DNA from: Bdellovibrionales bacterium
GTDB taxonomy: Bacteria > Pseudomonadota > Alphaproteobacteria > UBA9219
Assembly: GCA_050180745.1 (NCBI GenBank)
Contig: JBFXDW010000001.1
Location: 1-44,586 of the forward strand
Length of the DNA: 44,586 bases
Direction: 5' to 3'
The notes beneath the pieces were generated by a model that saw only the letters and a program-made list of their open reading frames with translations, was not told the origin of the DNA and ran no database searches. The position numbers and the translations under genes were made by a program. This document shows positions 25,436 through 33,967 of the stretch, one piece after another; positions within the stretch are counted from its first letter, which is position 1; each line of letters opens with the position of its first letter.

Positions 25436-28400
25436 CAGCCTCTCCTTTCTTTATTGTGGATGAGTTTGGTACGGATTGTTCCGCGATCCTCTTGGCCATG
25501 TTGGGAGACAGCTGGTCGCCCATTTCCTCCAACCAAGAAGGCAAAGAGCCTTTGTGAGTGTCGTTTTGACACTCACTCAAACACTCACTTCTAAAATCCT
25601 TTTGTTCTGAAGGCGTTAGTGAGTGTGGGGGAGTCAGTGAGTGTTTTACGGGGTTACTTTGTGTATGCGCGTGCGCGCGTGCGTAAGTATTGGAAAAACA
25701 CTCACCACACTCACTACACTCACCAGCATCTTGATCTGTAAGGGAAATTTCGAGTGAGTGTGGGGGTGAGTGTGGGTTTTCAACACTCACACACTCACCG
25801 TACTTTTTGTAGGGGAGTGAGTGTTGTGAGTGTTTTACACCGCTTAAATTTTCACTGACAGCGAGTTGCCACGTCAAAGCACGTTGCCGCATCCTACCTG
25901 AAACGAGCGTAACGGAACGTCCTTCTTCAATTTCAAAGACCCGATCACGCATCTTGGCAAGCTGTTTACCAAGGCGTATCCGCCGTGATTGCTCCGAGCC
26001 TTTACCCAAAGGCAGGGCAATATCCCGATCTTCAACCAGCTGATACAGCTCTCCTGTACTCACATCCCTGTCAGTAAAACGCTCCCACCATGCCGTGATA
26101 AAACTGCGCCAGAGAGAGCCTTCCTCATCCGAAGCATCATAAAGATCATTGAGGTTGGTAAGAAAGCCGGGGATGCCAGCAAACCCCAAAATACCGCCGA
26201 TCACACGTGACCATTCCTCAAAGCTGCCTAAGCTTTGTGGCTGCGCGGGCTGTCCAGCTGACACCCAGCCTTGTACCAAAGTAAGACATGCAGCAACGAG
26301 CTGTGGCCTGTTGTCTTGCACCCATTTGGCAAGGTTCTTATGGCGAAAGCCTGACCGCCGCCAAGGTTGATCAACCCGCGCATCAAGGCGGGTACGGATG
26401 GCACGCCGCGCCATTTCATTGGAGAGAGCTGGGTTGTTGCCTGTGACCACCCATGCGCAGCGCACAGGAAAATTGGCCAGTTCACTGCGCCCAAGGATAC
26501 GATCTTCCCATGAGGTAGCCGTGACGGCAGCAGCCAAGGCCGCGCTGTCGAGGCGATAACGCAGATTATCAATAAACAAAAGTGCAGGCATGGCACGCAA
26601 GGCTGAAGTTAAACGCTTGCGCCACTCCTCCTCTGACCGCCCTTCGGTCATCACCTTAGCTGACATGCCCGTTGCAATGATGGCGATAATCTCAACAAGA
26701 AGGCTCGCTCCTGTGCCGGGCGTTGGCTTTTCAAACAAATGAATGGGTGTTGGCCCTGCAATCATGGAGCGCACAAAGGGCAGAAGCAAAAGCGCAACCG
26801 CATGGGCAAGTTCGGCTTCACCCAAGAAAGGAAAATCACCAAACAGATCATTTACAATAAGATCCCGCGCCGCTTTGATCTCTTCTGCCGAAGGGTTTTG
26901 CGGTATGGCAGGCAACACAAAGTCTTTTTGCGGCACATAAAACAATTTGGCCGCTTTATAATAGCCGGGCACTTGAATGATTTTGCCATCCGGCCCAAAG
27001 ACAGGCGTAGAGACAATGCCGCCGAGCACAGGAAGATTTGTGTGCGGCGTTGCCAGAATGTCTTTAATCACAGCCGCTGGGGGATGCGCTGGGATCAAAC
27101 GATCCTTTAACTTCCTGCGCCAGTCAATTTGACGGGCAAGAATGAACTTCATCCGGTCTTCTGTAATGGTCTGCGGCTTGGGCCTTCCGTCATCATCCAG
27201 ATCAACCCAAGTGGGCAGAAGAGAGAAACGGAACAGCCACGGCGGCTTGTTGGTTTCATAAATCCGATACCAGCATTGCTCTGCTAGGCTGGCCAGATCC
27301 CCATCATCCGACTGCATCACAGGCTTAATGGAATGCGTATCATCAAAACCAAAGGGTCTGTGTGGAAGGTGCTTGATCTCCATCTTGGGCGTGGGATCAA
27401 CAAGAGGAAGATCTTCATTCTTGTATTCCGCTGACTGCTCAACAATATTTGCGACTAGTAAGCTCCCTTTCCTGAGTAGTAAATCGTTGAAGTCCTCGCC
27501 TGCTTGTGGAGGCATGGCAATCCATACGCGCCGTCCTTCTGAAACAAGGCGTTTGGCTGTTGCCTCAGCCGATCGGAGGCCTGCACCGCTCTTATCATTG
27601 TCGGCCAGCAAGATAACGCGGCGAATATTTGATGGCAGGCGAAGCTTTTCCATACCGCTTGTCGAAAGCGAAGCCCACACAGGCAGATGCGGCACGCTTT
27701 GCACCACGGCCAGCCCCGTTTCGATACCTTCACTCACACCAACCAGTTCATTTGCCTTTTGCCCCAAATGAACCGCACCGCCCGCCACGGGGCCGAGCAT
27801 CATCTTAGCCTTGGGCACATCAGCTTTGCTTTTGCCATCCAGAGCAAGCCAAATACGATGAATGCCAACAGCTTGATCTTGCGCGTCACGCGCCAAGGCA
27901 ACCATAGCCGGATAGCCCATATTGGTCTCCCAATGCGCAAGATCGGGATGAAATAGAAGATCTTGCGTGTCGGGCAATTTCAAGCCCCGCGCTTCAAGAT
28001 AGGTTTGCACATGCGTGCCCGCCGCTAGCTGACAGCCGGAAAGGATGTAGCGGATCTCGTTTTGGGAGTTTTGGGACTGCTGTTCAGGGCGTGGGGTCGG
28101 ATATTTTTTATCTCCAACCTTCCACCCTGAAAGCTCGGCAGCATATTCAATCAAAAAGCGGCCAGACAGACCCGTGGCATGACCAAGCGTACCGATGGGG
28201 CCGCCGCCCTGATTGCTATCGAACTCATACCAATCACCAGCATGGGATCCCTGCAGCTTGATCGCACAGGATCCTTGTTTGTAAGGCGCGTCCCCCTTGA
28301 TGTTGGCCACACGCCAGTCTTTGCCGCTTTGTTTGCCTGATGGGAAATGTGCTGGAACCCAATGGCTGGCTTGATCCCGTAGGATCGAGACAACCGCATC

Positions 28401-28457
28401 AAGATCAATATGCGCCGCAAAAGAGCCGAATGGTTTGGTTTCATTAAAATCAATCAA
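25425..28457 (-). CDS. Replication protein: Toprim-domain primase-like N-terminal half plus a P-loop-like central domain
   Basis: 1010-aa ORF. Toprim motifs VGVSEGIETGLAV and ILLADNDKSGAG; central FEKPTPGTGASLLVEIIA. The C-terminal 95 aa are repetitive (HSL/ECx) because of embedded DNA 8-mer repeats. Confidence 0.8.
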   Translation of the reverse strand: MIDFNETKPFGSFAAHIDLDAVVSILRDQASHWVPAHFPSGKQSGKDWRVANIKGDAPYKQGSCAIKLQGSHAGDWYEFDSNQGGGPIGTLGHATGLSGRFLIEYAAELSGWKVGDKKYPTPRPEQQSQNSQNEIRYILSGCQLAAGTHVQTYLEARGLKLPDTQDLLFHPDLAHWETNMGYPAMVALARDAQDQAVGIHRIWLALDGKSKADVPKAKMMLGPVAGGAVHLGQKANELVGVSEGIETGLAVVQSVPHLPVWASLSTSGMEKLRLPSNIRRVILLADNDKSGAGLRSAEATAKRLVSEGRRVWIAMPPQAGEDFNDLLLRKGSLLVANIVEQSAEYKNEDLPLVDPTPKMEIKHLPHRPFGFDDTHSIKPVMQSDDGDLASLAEQCWYRIYETNKPPWLFRFSLLPTWVDLDDDGRPKPQTITEDRMKFILARQIDWRRKLKDRLIPAHPPAAVIKDILATPHTNLPVLGGIVSTPVFGPDGKIIQVPGYYKAAKLFYVPQKDFVLPAIPQNPSAEEIKAARDLIVNDLFGDFPFLGEAELAHAVALLLLPFVRSMIAGPTPIHLFEKPTPGTGASLLVEIIAIIATGMSAKVMTEGRSEEEWRKRLTSALRAMPALLFIDNLRYRLDSAALAAAVTATSWEDRILGRSELANFPVRCAWVVTGNNPALSNEMARRAIRTRLDARVDQPWRRSGFRHKNLAKWVQDNRPQLVAACLTLVQGWVSAGQPAQPQSLGSFEEWSRVIGGILGFAGIPGFLTNLNDLYDASDEEGSLWRSFITAWWERFTDRDVSTGELYQLVEDRDIALPLGKGSEQSRRIRLGKQLAKMRDRVFEIEEGRSVTLVSGRMRQRALTWQLAVSENLSGVKHSQHSLPYKKYGECVSVENPHSPPHSLEISLTDQDAGECSECGECFSNTYARAHAHTQSNPVKHSLTPPHSLTPSEQKDFRSECLSECQNDTHKGSLPSWLEEMGDQLSPNMAKRIAEQSVPNSSTIKKGEADES
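25554..25833. repeat. Iteron-like array: 14 copies of GTGAGTGT/ACACTCAC (7 per orientation); putative phage replication origin
   Basis: GTGAGTGT starts at 25554, 25619, 25637, 25754, 25766, 25817 and 25826. ACACTCAC starts at 25569, 25581, 25698, 25707, 25716, 25783 and 25791. A 26-nt perfectly alternating pyrimidine-purine tract lies at 25660-25685. Confidence 0.75.
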
Positions 28458-29730
28458 GGATCACCAAGCCTTTCTCGGCTCGCGTGATGGCCGTGTAGAG
28501 CCAACGCCGTTGATCCTCCATCGTACGGCACAGATGATCGTCATAAATGATGACGTTTTCCCATTGGGAGCCTTGCGCCTTGTGACAGGTAATGGCATAG
28601 CCCCAAACGCTTTCCACAAGATGGCGCATTTGATGCCAATCGCGGCTTAACCGATCCTTATCAAATTGAATGTGATCATCGTAATGGCCTTTATAAAAGG
28701 AATGACGGCCTTCAAGAACATCTCCATCTTCCGTTATGACTTCTGCGCTAAAACTCAAATGATCTTCATCACGAAGATCGGACAACTCCAGAAACATGCC
28801 GTTGACAAGCCCTAAATCATGGCGGTTTTTAAGGCAGATTATTTTTTCACCGCATCCTTCAGGATAAATGGTTGGAAAGCCCGCCGCGTCCTTCATCGCC
28901 ACGTTGAGCCATAGGCGCGTGCGGTTGCGGCCACAAATAACCTGACCTCCTTTGAGCATCTGGGCAGGCGTTGTGTCGTTGACGCTCATCTTCCAAACAA
29001 AAGCGTCATGCTGGCCGTAAGGAATGTAGGATCCTTTCCTCGCCATGGTTGCAAGGCGAATGATCGCACTTTCTTCGGCCTGCCTATGGATGTCCGTGAG
29101 CATGACATCTGGTACAGCGTTTATAAAAGCTCCTTCACCTTTAATTGGTGGGAGCTGCCCAGGATCGCCAAGAACAAGAATGGGTTTGCCAAATGAAAGA
29201 AGGTCTTTTGCCAGTTCTTCGCCAACCATTGAGACTTCATCAAGAACGAGCAATTTTGCGTATCGCAGTTGCGACTCTTCATTGAGGACAAAGCTGGGCA
29301 AGTGAATATTGCGAAGTCGTGTTTCTAAGCGGCTTATCCGCGCTTTGGCGAATAGCTTTTCATCCCCAGATAAAGTTGAAAGCGAAGCCTTCAAAACGGC
29401 TATATCATCTTTGATCCGTTCCATTTCGGCAGGCGTATTGCTTGAAACGCGATAAATGAGACTATGGATGGTTGAGGCAGGCGTACCCTTACGGCTCATC
29501 ACAAGGGCTGCTTTTCCTGTGAACGCAGCATATAAAACACTGCCTTGCTGTTTATGTTCTGATTGCTTTAGCCCAAGCTCTTTAACCACATGCGTGACCA
29601 TTGTGGTTTTACCCGTTCCCGCATAGCCCATCACACGAAAGATTTGCTGCTCCTTCGTGCGGTTTTGAAACCAGTCCTTGATTTTGACCATGGCTTCTGC
29701 TTGCTGGGATGATGGCGTGAAATCGCTCAT
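28450..29730 (-). CDS. RecD/Dda-like SF1 DNA helicase
   Basis: 426-aa ORF with Walker A GYAGTGKTT and Walker B LLVLDEVSM, a C-terminal ITCHKAQGSQWENVII, and YTAITRA. Confidence 0.88.
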   Translation of the reverse strand: MSDFTPSSQQAEAMVKIKDWFQNRTKEQQIFRVMGYAGTGKTTMVTHVVKELGLKQSEHKQQGSVLYAAFTGKAALVMSRKGTPASTIHSLIYRVSSNTPAEMERIKDDIAVLKASLSTLSGDEKLFAKARISRLETRLRNIHLPSFVLNEESQLRYAKLLVLDEVSMVGEELAKDLLSFGKPILVLGDPGQLPPIKGEGAFINAVPDVMLTDIHRQAEESAIIRLATMARKGSYIPYGQHDAFVWKMSVNDTTPAQMLKGGQVICGRNRTRLWLNVAMKDAAGFPTIYPEGCGEKIICLKNRHDLGLVNGMFLELSDLRDEDHLSFSAEVITEDGDVLEGRHSFYKGHYDDHIQFDKDRLSRDWHQMRHLVESVWGYAITCHKAQGSQWENVIIYDDHLCRTMEDQRRWLYTAITRAEKGLVILD

Positions 29731-30491
29731 GCGTCCCTCCAGCAGCGGTCATGGTAAGGACAGAAACGGCAGAGATAAAAATCAGCATGAACTGCAAATC
29801 GTGGGGGCAGTTCATCCGCATCAATGGAACGGAGAACATCCACCGCCTTGTCCGATTGCCGCTGCGCCTCTGCAGGATCAAAGACCACAGCTTCGTGCCA
29901 CAGCTCTTCTGTATCTTTATTGAGAGCCGTAAAAAGGCACTGGTTCAGCTCCATATAAGCCATGTAGAGATGAACCTGCGCCCAATAAATCGGCTTGGAG
30001 ACTTGCAGACCTTTTTTGACAAGGTCAGTCCAGCCTTTGTTGCCCAAAGCTTTGTGTTCCCAAAGAGCGGGCCACGACAAGCCGATGTTCGGCCCCTCCA
30101 CGATCACGCCATCAATGTGCCCACGCACGCGGCCCTGCGCGGTTTCAAAGCCGTATTGCTCACCGCTTCTTTTGTGCGTGCGCAAATCAAACCCTGCTGC
30201 ACGCATCCAACGGATCGACAAGTCCTCGAAAACATGCCCCGCTTCAAAGATACGCAGCGTCTTGCCCGTGATTTCCTTATCAGGATCCTCCGGCGTGTGC
30301 GTGGCCTCATAGGTCAAACGCCGCAAGCATGGTTCGCCTATACGGCTTGCGCCGAGATATTGACGTTTCGGCTTTGAAAGGTGCTCAAGAAGCAACGCGG
30401 CATTGACGTGATCATTGATGCTTTCCGAAAACAATGCTGCAGGATTGGTCGGAAAATACGCGCATTTAGAGCCGTGATTAAGATCCAGCAT
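29727..30491 (-). CDS. PD-(D/E)XK exonuclease with a Cas4/AddB-type Fe-S cysteine cluster
   Basis: 254-aa ORF with GHIDGVIV...WEHKAL (D..ExK), an N-terminal Cys (GEPCLRR) and C-terminal CRFCPYHDRC (C-x2-C-x5-C). Confidence 0.8.
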   Translation of the reverse strand: MLDLNHGSKCAYFPTNPAALFSESINDHVNAALLLEHLSKPKRQYLGASRIGEPCLRRLTYEATHTPEDPDKEITGKTLRIFEAGHVFEDLSIRWMRAAGFDLRTHKRSGEQYGFETAQGRVRGHIDGVIVEGPNIGLSWPALWEHKALGNKGWTDLVKKGLQVSKPIYWAQVHLYMAYMELNQCLFTALNKDTEELWHEAVVFDPAEAQRQSDKAVDVLRSIDADELPPRFAVHADFYLCRFCPYHDRCWRDA

Positions 30492-30503
30492 ATCGGCTCT
30501 CCA

Positions 30504-30719
30504 CTAAAAAGGTATTTCATCATCAATAAAATCTGTTTGACTGGCTTGTCGTTGCATCGACTCTTGGAACCCTGTTACACAAGCCTCAATGACCTGATCA
30601 ATTTGGGCGGGCGTACAGTTATGAAAAGCACTCATTAGGCGCAGTTCGGTAAGGGCCTCAGCAAAATAACGCCGCGCTTCTTTGATCGCCTGTGTTTCCA
30701 TGGGCGTTTTGTCTCTCAT
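30504..30719 (-). CDS. Small protein ending in an SSB-C-terminal-tail-like motif (DFIDDEIPF); may be the C-terminal part of a larger zinc-ribbon protein
   Basis: ATG 30719 has AGGAGG 5 nt upstream and an ATGA overlap with the upstream stop. The same frame is open further upstream and there encodes CALCG...FCSMSC. Confidence 0.6.
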   Translation of the reverse strand: MRDKTPMETQAIKEARRYFAEALTELRLMSAFHNCTPAQIDQVIEACVTGFQESMQRQASQTDFIDDEIPF

Positions 30720-31114
30720 AATCCCTCCTGATTTTTTGAGGAGGTTGCCCCAGCCTTTGAGGCACGACATCGAGCAGAACTTCCATCTGTCTTTGCCTTT
30801 TTTCGAGACGGTTTGATCGAAGATGAAGCCTCTGGATTCGCGTCCACACAGGGCACAAGGCAGTCGCCGTACAAGAAACGGATCAAGGTGTCGTCCTGCG
30901 GATCGTGCCGCGCTGCCCGCTCTGAGGCTAGGACGATGAAACGCGAAATCGCATTGTCCGCCATGATTGTCAGTTCGGCCAGCGTGAGTCTTGCGATGGG
31001 ATGATGCAGGCGACCGCGTCCTTCCAGCCATTGACCTATTTCCTTTCCCGCCTCGCACACCACGAAGGCGCGCCATGCGTCATCCGGCGAGAGGGTTTTT
31101 AATCCTTGAGCCAT
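30716..31114 (-). CDS. Hypothetical phage protein (C-terminal third questionable)
   Basis: 132-aa ORF. The N-terminal ~85 aa look protein-like, but the C-terminal part is low-complexity while the overlapping frame encodes a zinc-ribbon motif. Confidence 0.5.
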   Translation of the reverse strand: MAQGLKTLSPDDAWRAFVVCEAGKEIGQWLEGRGRLHHPIARLTLAELTIMADNAISRFIVLASERAARHDPQDDTLIRFLYGDCLVPCVDANPEASSSIKPSRKKAKTDGSSARCRASKAGATSSKNQEGL

Positions 31115-31821
31115 GCTGGGCCTTCCGCTTTAGCTGGCGCGGGCGTTGACGCTTGCTGCGCAGAAGTCGGCGCGTTTTTTTGCCAAGCAGGAGGCTGTGC
31201 GGAAGACGTGTTTCCCTGCTGCCAAGCGGGCTGATTGCTCTGCGTTTGTTTTTGTGAAGCGGCAGCCCTATGGCGTGAGGGAGATGGCGGTACGTCCTGA
31301 CCGTCCATCACCATCTTCCATTCTTTTTCATCAGGAAGAATGGGACGATCCAGCACGTTGCGGTCGGAATATTTAGGGTCACGACTAGGCTCAACGGCAA
31401 TCTTTCCCACGAAACTTATCTTGTCGAGTTGAGATAAGCCTTCAATACGCCGTTTGCTTTTGGCTTCCTCGCTGGTGTCAGCTGGATCAAGGCCACATGC
31501 ACTGTCGATCATAGCGCGAAAAACGCGCTTGCTGATATTCCAAGCCATGGATTGCCCTTTGTCATCAGGCTTACCGCCCGCAACGACAAAGTTTTGGCGC
31601 AACTTGCGCCGTGCATGAGGGCCTTCTGTAACTGTAAACTCGCAATCCAACATCAACACATCGCTGCCAGGATTAGCCGAAGCTTTAAGCAACCCTTTAT
31701 CAGCAGGAACGGATCCATCCGTGCCGCCTGGGCGGACATGCATAATCAGTTTAACAAAAGTGCCGTCAGGAATAAGCTCCATCGCGCGTTGGGGTTCGAC
31801 TTCGTTCATATCAAATGACAT
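31099..31821 (-). CDS. DUF669-like protein (SSB-like partner of Sak4-type recombinases) with a Gln/Ala/Pro-rich tail
   Basis: 240-aa ORF. The N-terminus MSFDMNEVEPQRAMELIPDGTFVKLIMHV fits DUF669 from memory. It lies directly downstream of the AAA_24-type ATPase gene. The tail has three PAW repeats. Confidence 0.65.
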   Translation of the reverse strand: MSFDMNEVEPQRAMELIPDGTFVKLIMHVRPGGTDGSVPADKGLLKASANPGSDVLMLDCEFTVTEGPHARRKLRQNFVVAGGKPDDKGQSMAWNISKRVFRAMIDSACGLDPADTSEEAKSKRRIEGLSQLDKISFVGKIAVEPSRDPKYSDRNVLDRPILPDEKEWKMVMDGQDVPPSPSRHRAAASQKQTQSNQPAWQQGNTSSAQPPAWQKNAPTSAQQASTPAPAKAEGPAWLKD

Positions 31822-31836
31822 GTTCGTTCTTCCTTT

Positions 31837-32673
31837 CTATGAATTTGTGGAAATGGCGTTCATTTTATCGAGAACAAAACCGAGATCTGGTGGCTCGGTA
31901 AGATCAAGGTTGCCAGTGCGATCTTTGGCTGGAAGACCCCACGGGTTGACAGCGTGACAAACCAAACGGCGGATTTCGCCTTTGTCAGGGTTATGGATGT
32001 ATCCGTTTGGCGTTTCGCTAAAGAGGGAAAGCGTCATAACCTGATCAACAATACCAGGAAGTTCCCGACCGACTTTTCCGCCTTCCATTTGAGGAAGCCA
32101 AACAGTGCCTTTTGTGTCGTCCTGAATGGATTCAAGAATGCCGACAAAAATGACTGTTTTCCCTTGGGCATGCTGGAGATGTTTAAGCAGTCCAATAACC
32201 TCACGCGCCAATAAACCATAGGCTCCGCGAATATCGGGATTGCCTGTCTTTTCTGAGAAAGCTTCTGGCCTCGTCTTCGCCCAAGCCATCGCCTGACGTG
32301 TCATCTCCGTGATGGAATCGACAAAGATGATTTTCTTTTGCGCCAAAGTCGAAGCGAGGTCGCTATATTTCTCCGAGACATAACCGTAATGATCCTGTGA
32401 GAAGAAACCATCTGAGGCCGCATCTGATTTTACGCCACCAATCAGGCAAGCAATATCGAGCGCATCAGAAAAAGTATGAATGGATACACTGTCGCCGCCC
32501 CAGCCTTTCAAGGATTTTAAACCAGCCTCTAAATCGATGACGAGTGTCGGCTCTGGCGGCAATGTCCGCGCCAGAAATGTTTTACCAAAACCAGACGGGC
32601 CGAAAATGGCAATCGTGTTCTTCTCTTTGAGTGTTTCAAGACGCTCTTCGGCAGTGACGATAGAAAGAGCCAT
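31837..32673 (-). CDS. Sak4-like RecA-core ATPase (AAA_24 type), phage recombination
   Basis: 278-aa ORF with Walker A IFGPSGFGKT and Walker B-like KIIFVDSITE. Confidence 0.8.
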   Translation of the reverse strand: MALSIVTAEERLETLKEKNTIAIFGPSGFGKTFLARTLPPEPTLVIDLEAGLKSLKGWGGDSVSIHTFSDALDIACLIGGVKSDAASDGFFSQDHYGYVSEKYSDLASTLAQKKIIFVDSITEMTRQAMAWAKTRPEAFSEKTGNPDIRGAYGLLAREVIGLLKHLQHAQGKTVIFVGILESIQDDTKGTVWLPQMEGGKVGRELPGIVDQVMTLSLFSETPNGYIHNPDKGEIRRLVCHAVNPWGLPAKDRTGNLDLTEPPDLGFVLDKMNAISTNS

Positions 32674-33164
32674 TAAACGCGCTCCCCATCTTTTCTATCA
32701 AACTGATAGGACGGTTTTCCCGTTTCAACGCGACGCGCTCCTGCAAACAGATCCCGCACAGCTTTCGGCCAAGCGTTAAAGGCTGCTTCAGAAACCTTGT
32801 ATTCTGATTGCATGTATTCGGAAGGCTCTTCATGCCAATCGTGATAAATGGTGTTTGCTACCAGTGACAGTTGCTTCTGATCCCATTTGACACGTTTGGG
32901 AAGATTGGCGATGATCGTAAACGCTCCATCATCGAAACGGGCCGAGCCAGTATCTTTGCCTTCCTTTTGGCGCGTTTTATGAGCGATACCTGCATATTTC
33001 AGGTCGAGCGAGAGAGACAGCATCATTTCGATAGCTTTGAGATGCTTCTTCCTTTCTTCCAAATCTTCGACAAGAAGAGCCAGCTCCTCCACATCGCAGG
33101 CCGCAATTTCGCTGTGAGTTTTGTTAGGCAAATCGTCCAATTGTAATCTATTGCTTAGTGTCAT
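32673..33164 (-). CDS. Hypothetical phage protein
   Basis: 163-aa ORF, overlap-coupled to both neighbours. Confidence 0.6.
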   Translation of the reverse strand: MTLSNRLQLDDLPNKTHSEIAACDVEELALLVEDLEERKKHLKAIEMMLSLSLDLKYAGIAHKTRQKEGKDTGSARFDDGAFTIIANLPKRVKWDQKQLSLVANTIYHDWHEEPSEYMQSEYKVSEAAFNAWPKAVRDLFAGARRVETGKPSYQFDRKDGERV

Positions 33165-33649
33165 GCTTCTTCTCCGTAATGTTGTCCGAAAAATGCGATC
33201 ATGGCAGCCTCTGCAAGGCCGTCATCCTTATGCCGTGGCCAAAAATGAGCGAAGCGCGGCATCAGCTGACTGGCGCGATAACGAGCATCATCTTTGTTGG
33301 GGGAAACTTTGAGTTTGCTCTTCCATGTCCGTGGCGGAACGAGCGTCATGGGAAGGAAGTTGGCGGCAACAATACCTTTGATCGCGCCATAACTTTCACC
33401 AAAGGAAAAGGTGCTGCTCACGCCCTGTTTGGGCATCGCGGAAACTTGTTCGATATAAACTTGCACACGAGGCGCATTCTTCGTTTTGTCATCAACCAAA
33501 CGAGACAAAGCCGTCAGATCCAAAACACGGCGCGTCTTTTTGCCCTTCGTGATTTTGAAGATGGGCATGGGGAACACGTCCATTTCCTCACCTACGCGAA
33601 AAGCGATGCCACCTGTCAGTCCTGGGTCTATGCCGATGAAGAGGCTCAT
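33161..33649 (-). CDS. RuvC-like Holliday junction resolvase
   Basis: 162-aa ORF with IGIDPGLTGG, YIEQVSAMP and DDGLAEAAMIA (the acidic catalytic residue pattern). Confidence 0.8.
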   Translation of the reverse strand: MSLFIGIDPGLTGGIAFRVGEEMDVFPMPIFKITKGKKTRRVLDLTALSRLVDDKTKNAPRVQVYIEQVSAMPKQGVSSTFSFGESYGAIKGIVAANFLPMTLVPPRTWKSKLKVSPNKDDARYRASQLMPRFAHFWPRHKDDGLAEAAMIAFFGQHYGEEA

Positions 33650-33864
33650 TCACCATCCTCCTCGCCATAGATGTCTTTAAGGGTGACCCGACCGTTCGTT
33701 ACCTTGACGATTTTATTGGCTGTGGCTGGTCTGGGCCTGCGCGTACCATTGACATACCTGCAGACGTTCATCGTCGCACTGGTGCTTTTCATGCCCAAAA
33801 GCCGCGCAAAGGCGGCATAGGTCATGTTTTTCTCTTCAAGGTAATCGGAAAGCTTCATAGGCAA
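33646..33864 (-). CDS. Cro-like HTH regulator
   Basis: 72-aa ORF, divergent from the cI-like gene. HTH: MTYAAFARLLGMKSTSATMNVCRYVNG. Confidence 0.7.
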   Translation of the reverse strand: MPMKLSDYLEEKNMTYAAFARLLGMKSTSATMNVCRYVNGTRRPRPATANKIVKVTNGRVTLKDIYGEEDGE

Positions 33865-33868
33865 CCAA

Positions 33869-33958
33869 GTATCCTATTTGGCAACAACAATCAAGAGAAA
33901 AGTTGTCTTTGCGGCAACATTATCTTTTCTATTGCTTTCATATATCCAAATCGGATAC
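33869..33958. promoter_or_regulatory. Tripartite operator cluster in the cro/cI intergenic region (17-bp sites GTWKCC-N5-GGMWAC)
   Basis: 33869-33885 GTATCCtatttGGCAAC; 33902-33918 GTTGTCtttgcGGCAAC; 33942-33958 ATATCCaaatcGGATAC. Confidence 0.65.
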
Positions 33959-33967
33959 AATGTTGCC

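Noticed and set aside
25554-25833. Possible CRISPR array (regular short repeats)
   Set aside because: The repeats are only 8 nt long, occur in both orientations with irregular spacing, lie inside a CDS and have no cas genes nearby. An iteron/origin interpretation fits better.
29751-30377. 208-aa plus-strand ORF
   Set aside because: It is antisense to the Cas4-like nuclease gene, whose motifs are clear.
33158-33670. 170-aa plus-strand ORF
   Set aside because: It is antisense to the RuvC-like resolvase gene, which has the catalytic motif pattern.
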